Source: Octopus bimaculoides (taxonomy: Eukaryota). From it: a stretch of 36,439 nucleotides of DNA. The first letter of the stretch is position 1; every line of letters starts with the position of its first letter. This document shows, in pieces, positions 32,655 to 36,439 of the stretch. The stretch is from positions 10,604,512 to 10,640,950 of the forward strand of contig NC_068981.1 of NCBI RefSeq assembly GCF_001194135.2, given 5' to 3'. Under the pieces are notes generated by a model. The model worked only from the letters and a program-made list of their open reading frames with translations. It was not told the origin of the DNA and did not search any database. The translations under genes and the position numbers were made by a program.

Positions 32655-32691
32655 TGTTTCTGAAGAAGAGCTTTGCTTGAAACGTAAAACA
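32655..32691 (+). ncRNA. Minimal type-I hammerhead ribozyme-like motif (Penelope-like)
   Basis: UGUUU-CUGAAGA-A-GAGC-UUU-GCUU-GAA-ACGU-A-AAACA: 5-bp stem I, core boxes, 4-bp stem II (G-U at base), palindromic ACGU stem III, UH=UA. Confidence 0.6.
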
Positions 32692-32984
32692 ACCACTCTC
32701 TTTCCTTCTCTGAGCGTCTCATTAATACTTTACATGTACTATGTCAAGTTGTTGCTTTTTTCTCCATTTTTTAAAATTAACTGTTATACACACACACATA
32801 AATATATATTACACACATGTATGTATGACAGCATGTGTTCTCCTTGTTTTGACATGTCCATGTTGATTGTAAACAAAAGTCACCATTCATACAATGCTGT
32901 CTGTCTGCAACCTTCCACAAAAGCATGACCAGTTGTTCATTGTTCAACAGACAAGGGGAAATATTACCTTGCATAGAAACAGAC

Positions 32985-33088
32985 AAGGGTTGGCAACATG
33001 AAGAACATCCAGCCATAGAAAATTATACATTAACATCTCACTGGATCCTTCAAGCATGGAAAAGTAGATGTTAAATCAGTAATGATGA
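32985..33088 (+). mobile_element. Variant (GAT)n-tailed retroelement end
   Basis: gggttggcaacatgaagaacatccagccatagaaaa...caagcatggaaaagtagatgttaaa. Confidence 0.6.
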
Positions 33089-33118
33089 GTTATAGAAATA
33101 TTTCATTATGTCCATTTT

Positions 33119-33316
33119 TAAGGCAAAAAACTGGCAGAAACTTTTAGCATGCCAGGCAAAATGGGCAAAATGCTTAGTAGCATTTCATCTGAATTCAAAT
33201 TATGCTGAGGTTGACTTTGCCTTTCAAAGTCAACAAAATAGGCACCAGTCAAGCACTGGGGTCAACTGGTATCCTCACCCAACATTTCAGCCCTTGTGCC
33301 TATAGTATAAAGGATT
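33119..33316 (+). mobile_element. Family D SINE, diverged
   Basis: ctggcagaaacttttagc...gaattcaaattatgctgaggttgactttgcc...ccttgtgcc. Confidence 0.7.
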
Positions 33317-33880
33317 ATCTCATCTGCTTTTACAAAATGCTCAGTTTCAGTGACCACATGATATTTCAAGGCTAGGCAATGGACAAGATTAACCATGGAA
33401 AAAATACAAATTTCACTTTGTTGATTCAAGAAACAATTTCATAGAAATGCTATAGCTTATGAAATCGTTAAGCTTTATAATGTCTTTTATTATTTTATTT
33501 GTTTCAGTTATTGGATTAAAGTCATGTTGGGGCATCATTTGAAGCGTTTTTAGTCAATTGTATCAACCCTGATATGTATTTTAAAATCTGATACTAATTT
33601 CATCGATCAATGTTTACCACACTGTTAAGTCATACTTAGAGTCATTTTATTACTATTATAGGTCCCCAAGCTAATCAATGCACAGGGTCCAACAATATTT
33701 ATTTAACAACAAACTACAGCATACATAGATCAGAACTGGGTCCCCAGACCCATGAGGTGCTGAAATGACTTGCCAAGTGTGCCCATGCCTCTGACACTGG
33801 TCACATGACATAAACACTGTTTTTTCAAACTGTTTCAATGCAAAGCCAGACATAGAGATAGACACACACCAACACACATA

Positions 33881-34036
33881 TGACAGGCTTCTACATAGTT
33901 TCTATTCACCATTTTCACTCATAAGCTGTAACTCCAACTGAGGCTATGATAGAAGACACTTGTCTAAGATGTCACACAGTAGGACAGAACCCAATACCAC
34001 ATGTTTGTGAAGCAAACTTCTTAACCACACAACCAT
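33881..34036 (-). mobile_element. Family A SINE 5' half, diverged
   Basis: gaggctatgatagaagacacttgtctaagatgtcacacagtaggacagaaccc. Confidence 0.65.
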
Positions 34037-35648
34037 GTAGTGAAGCTCTCAACACATTTAGCTGAAGGGGTTACTCTGAAGACCATCTTTTATAGTGTAC
34101 TCAGATTAGAAAAACCCACAGGGAAAGCTGAACTCAGCACTGCAAGTTTACAAACTGCTTGTCATTTCCAGCACTACCACTGCTTGGAATGGTAAATTGT
34201 TCCTAACCTGTGGTACTTATCTTTAGCTAGATGGACTGAATTGATTGAACATTAGATGTTTTAGCCATGATCCTAGCTTTATAGAGAATAATAAGCTCTC
34301 TAAGCATTATTTCAGACAAGTTCTTTATTAGAAGACTAAAAAAAAAAAAAAGAACAAACTTGTATCTGTTTGCCAACAAAAGGAATATTGGTAAGTGGAA
34401 ACACCTTACAGGACAAGCACACAGCAGGAGAAATTCAGAGTATGCATGGCTGTGGAATACTCAGTCACTTACCTCATTAATTTAATGAGCAGGCTGTTAA
34501 TTTCATTGGATCAACTAGAACATTCATCGTTATAACTCACAGACTGCCAGTTAATTGTTGTAATCAGCAGGAATGTTTTATAATTAATGAGTCTTTCGTC
34601 AGCTTTCAGAGCTAAACACAACATAAATGTTCCCATGGATTAAATATCTACAAAGGACTAGCATCCTTACCAGGAAGAATAGGGTTTCTAATCTGCCTAG
34701 TACTAGCTGAGTTGAGTCCCATTATATTGTGACATCCACCAAAATATGATGGAAATGAAAAAAATAATTGTAAAAATAAAATAACAAAACATAAACATTA
34801 TAATGACTGTAGTGAGCAATTAGGCTATTTCATAATGACTATATCAGATTGTTAATTAACCATGTCATAAGTAAATCATTCAATCAAATAATGCAAAAAG
34901 TGCAATGTGGTATTAAATTTATAATTGTGGATACAAGAGTTTTGGATGTCTTCCCTTCATCCACAACACATTTAATTTGTGATTTCTTTGGGTTAAAGGG
35001 CAATTTTCTTTTGCAGCAGCACTGTGTGTGAGAGAGAGAGATGCGGCCAACTGAATGTAACCTCAGCATATAAGTGGTATTTAGCTGGATGAAAATAAAA
35101 TGACAAGAAATGTGTAGAAAGGGATGTAAAAAGTACTCTAGCTTGATAACAAAACATGTCCCAAGTTGTCTTCCATACCTGAGGGACAAAAAATAATTCT
35201 TTCTTTCATCGCTAAATTAATTTTGCTGAGGAGGTCAGAATAAAAGTGAAACAAGTTCAGAGTTAACTCTTACGTACCAGAGAAACGTTGTCTGATATAT
35301 TCTTTCTACACTACAACGGTTAGTTTTCATAATGTCATATGCATATATTAGTTAGTTAATAATCCTACCAGACCATTCCATCATCCATGGCCCATAACAG
35401 TCAAACAATTACTTGTATCTTTGCACACATTTCTTGACACAACATTGCAAAATTTAAAAATAAAAAGAGACAATTTCATATGTTTTGTTTGTGGCATTCT
35501 TCTCTTACCTTTTCGCTTTTTTTTTTAATTTCAAAATCTTTTTTCCTTTATTTTTTAAAATTCTTTTTTAATTTGTCCAGTGGTTCAAATTGATATTTTC
35601 AGTAAAAAAAGATATTTTTGTTTTTTGGAATGATTAAACAAAATGCTC

Positions 35649-35691
<43 letters not shown>

Positions 35692-35911
35692 CTACAGTTG
35701 ATTAAAAAAATATAACAACAAAAAATAATTTTATAGAAGCGGGTATAAATCAAAAATATAACAAATAACAGAAAAAGCTCGAGTGAATAAACAAAAAAGA
35801 ATTAAAATGTTAAATGAGTCTTCGATTTGGTCTATGCTTCTAAAGAACAAGAATGAACTCTTGTCAGAATACTGAGAAGTCAAAGAATGGAACTTAGTGT
35901 AAATTTATAAA

Positions 35912-36113
35912 TATTCTTTCTAAATTTGGCCCAAGGCCAGTCATTTTGGAGAGGAGAGAGAAGTCAATTATATTGACCCCAGTACGTGGCTAGTACTTGT
36001 TTTATCAACCTTCAAAAGGATGAAAGGCAAAGTTGACCTCGGCAACATTTGAACTCAGAATGTAAAGGGCTGATAAAAATGTCCAGCATGGTAACGATTC
36101 TGCCAGCCCGCCA
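35912..36113 (-). mobile_element. Family D SINE
   Basis: gaccccagtacgtggctagtac...aaaggatgaaaggcaaagttgacctcggcaacatttgaactcag...ctgccagcccgcc. Confidence 0.85.
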
Positions 36114-36347
36114 TTTTACGTAAGTTTATAAATATAACAAGGAATTGCATCAAGAATGCGATAAGAGATACGGTAAGAGATAATTAACCCAGTCTTTTGA
36201 GATGAAATACTTTATAATTTAATCTTCACATTTACACTTCAGTCTAATCAGACTAATCTCTAATTCATCAACAGACATCTTATTCTTGAATAACTAGATT
36301 AAAACCAGGAACTTTTATTTCTAAGCTAATACTTGCAATGCTGTGTA

Positions 36348-36400
36348 CTATATATATATATATATATGTATGTATATATATATATATATATGTACATATA

Positions 36401-36431
<31 letters not shown>

Positions 36432-36439
36432 GTACATAT
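36348..36439. repeat. (TA)/(TG) microsatellite
   Basis: Low-complexity run to the window end. Confidence 0.9.

Noticed and set aside
34592-34612. Minus-strand CTGACGA hammerhead box
   Set aside because: No stem II or GAAA partner downstream
34884-35189. 101-aa minus-strand ORF as a gene
   Set aside because: No recognisable domain, includes a microsatellite, starts at a non-ATG codon; only the splice-like site is retained as a weak finding

Overview
AT-rich, gappy (10 N-runs, about 3.2 kb) eukaryotic genomic DNA that is almost all intronic/intergenic repeat sequence. The SINE/LINE sequences resemble octopus (cephalopod) repeats; this is recognition from memory, not a database hit. No intact protein-coding gene, tRNA/rRNA gene or CRISPR array can be supported, and most ORF-track entries are artefacts of microsatellites, N-runs or SINEs. 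Contents: (A) many copies of a tRNA-headed CORE-like SINE with an internal TA/TG microsatellite; (B) 3' ends of an RTE-clade LINE with (GAT)n tails, one still carrying the C-terminal ORF; (D) a second tRNA-headed SINE that sits in (AAT)n tracts, one copy with a 17-bp TSD; two further SINE families; a TIR element with an 8-bp TSD; several long foldback palindromes; a Helentron/HINE-like element; a 35-bp minisatellite; a tentative L1/Tx1-like remnant. The most notable signal is a set of Penelope-type minimal hammerhead-ribozyme-like motifs, best at 32655-32691. I found no convincing novel multi-gene system.
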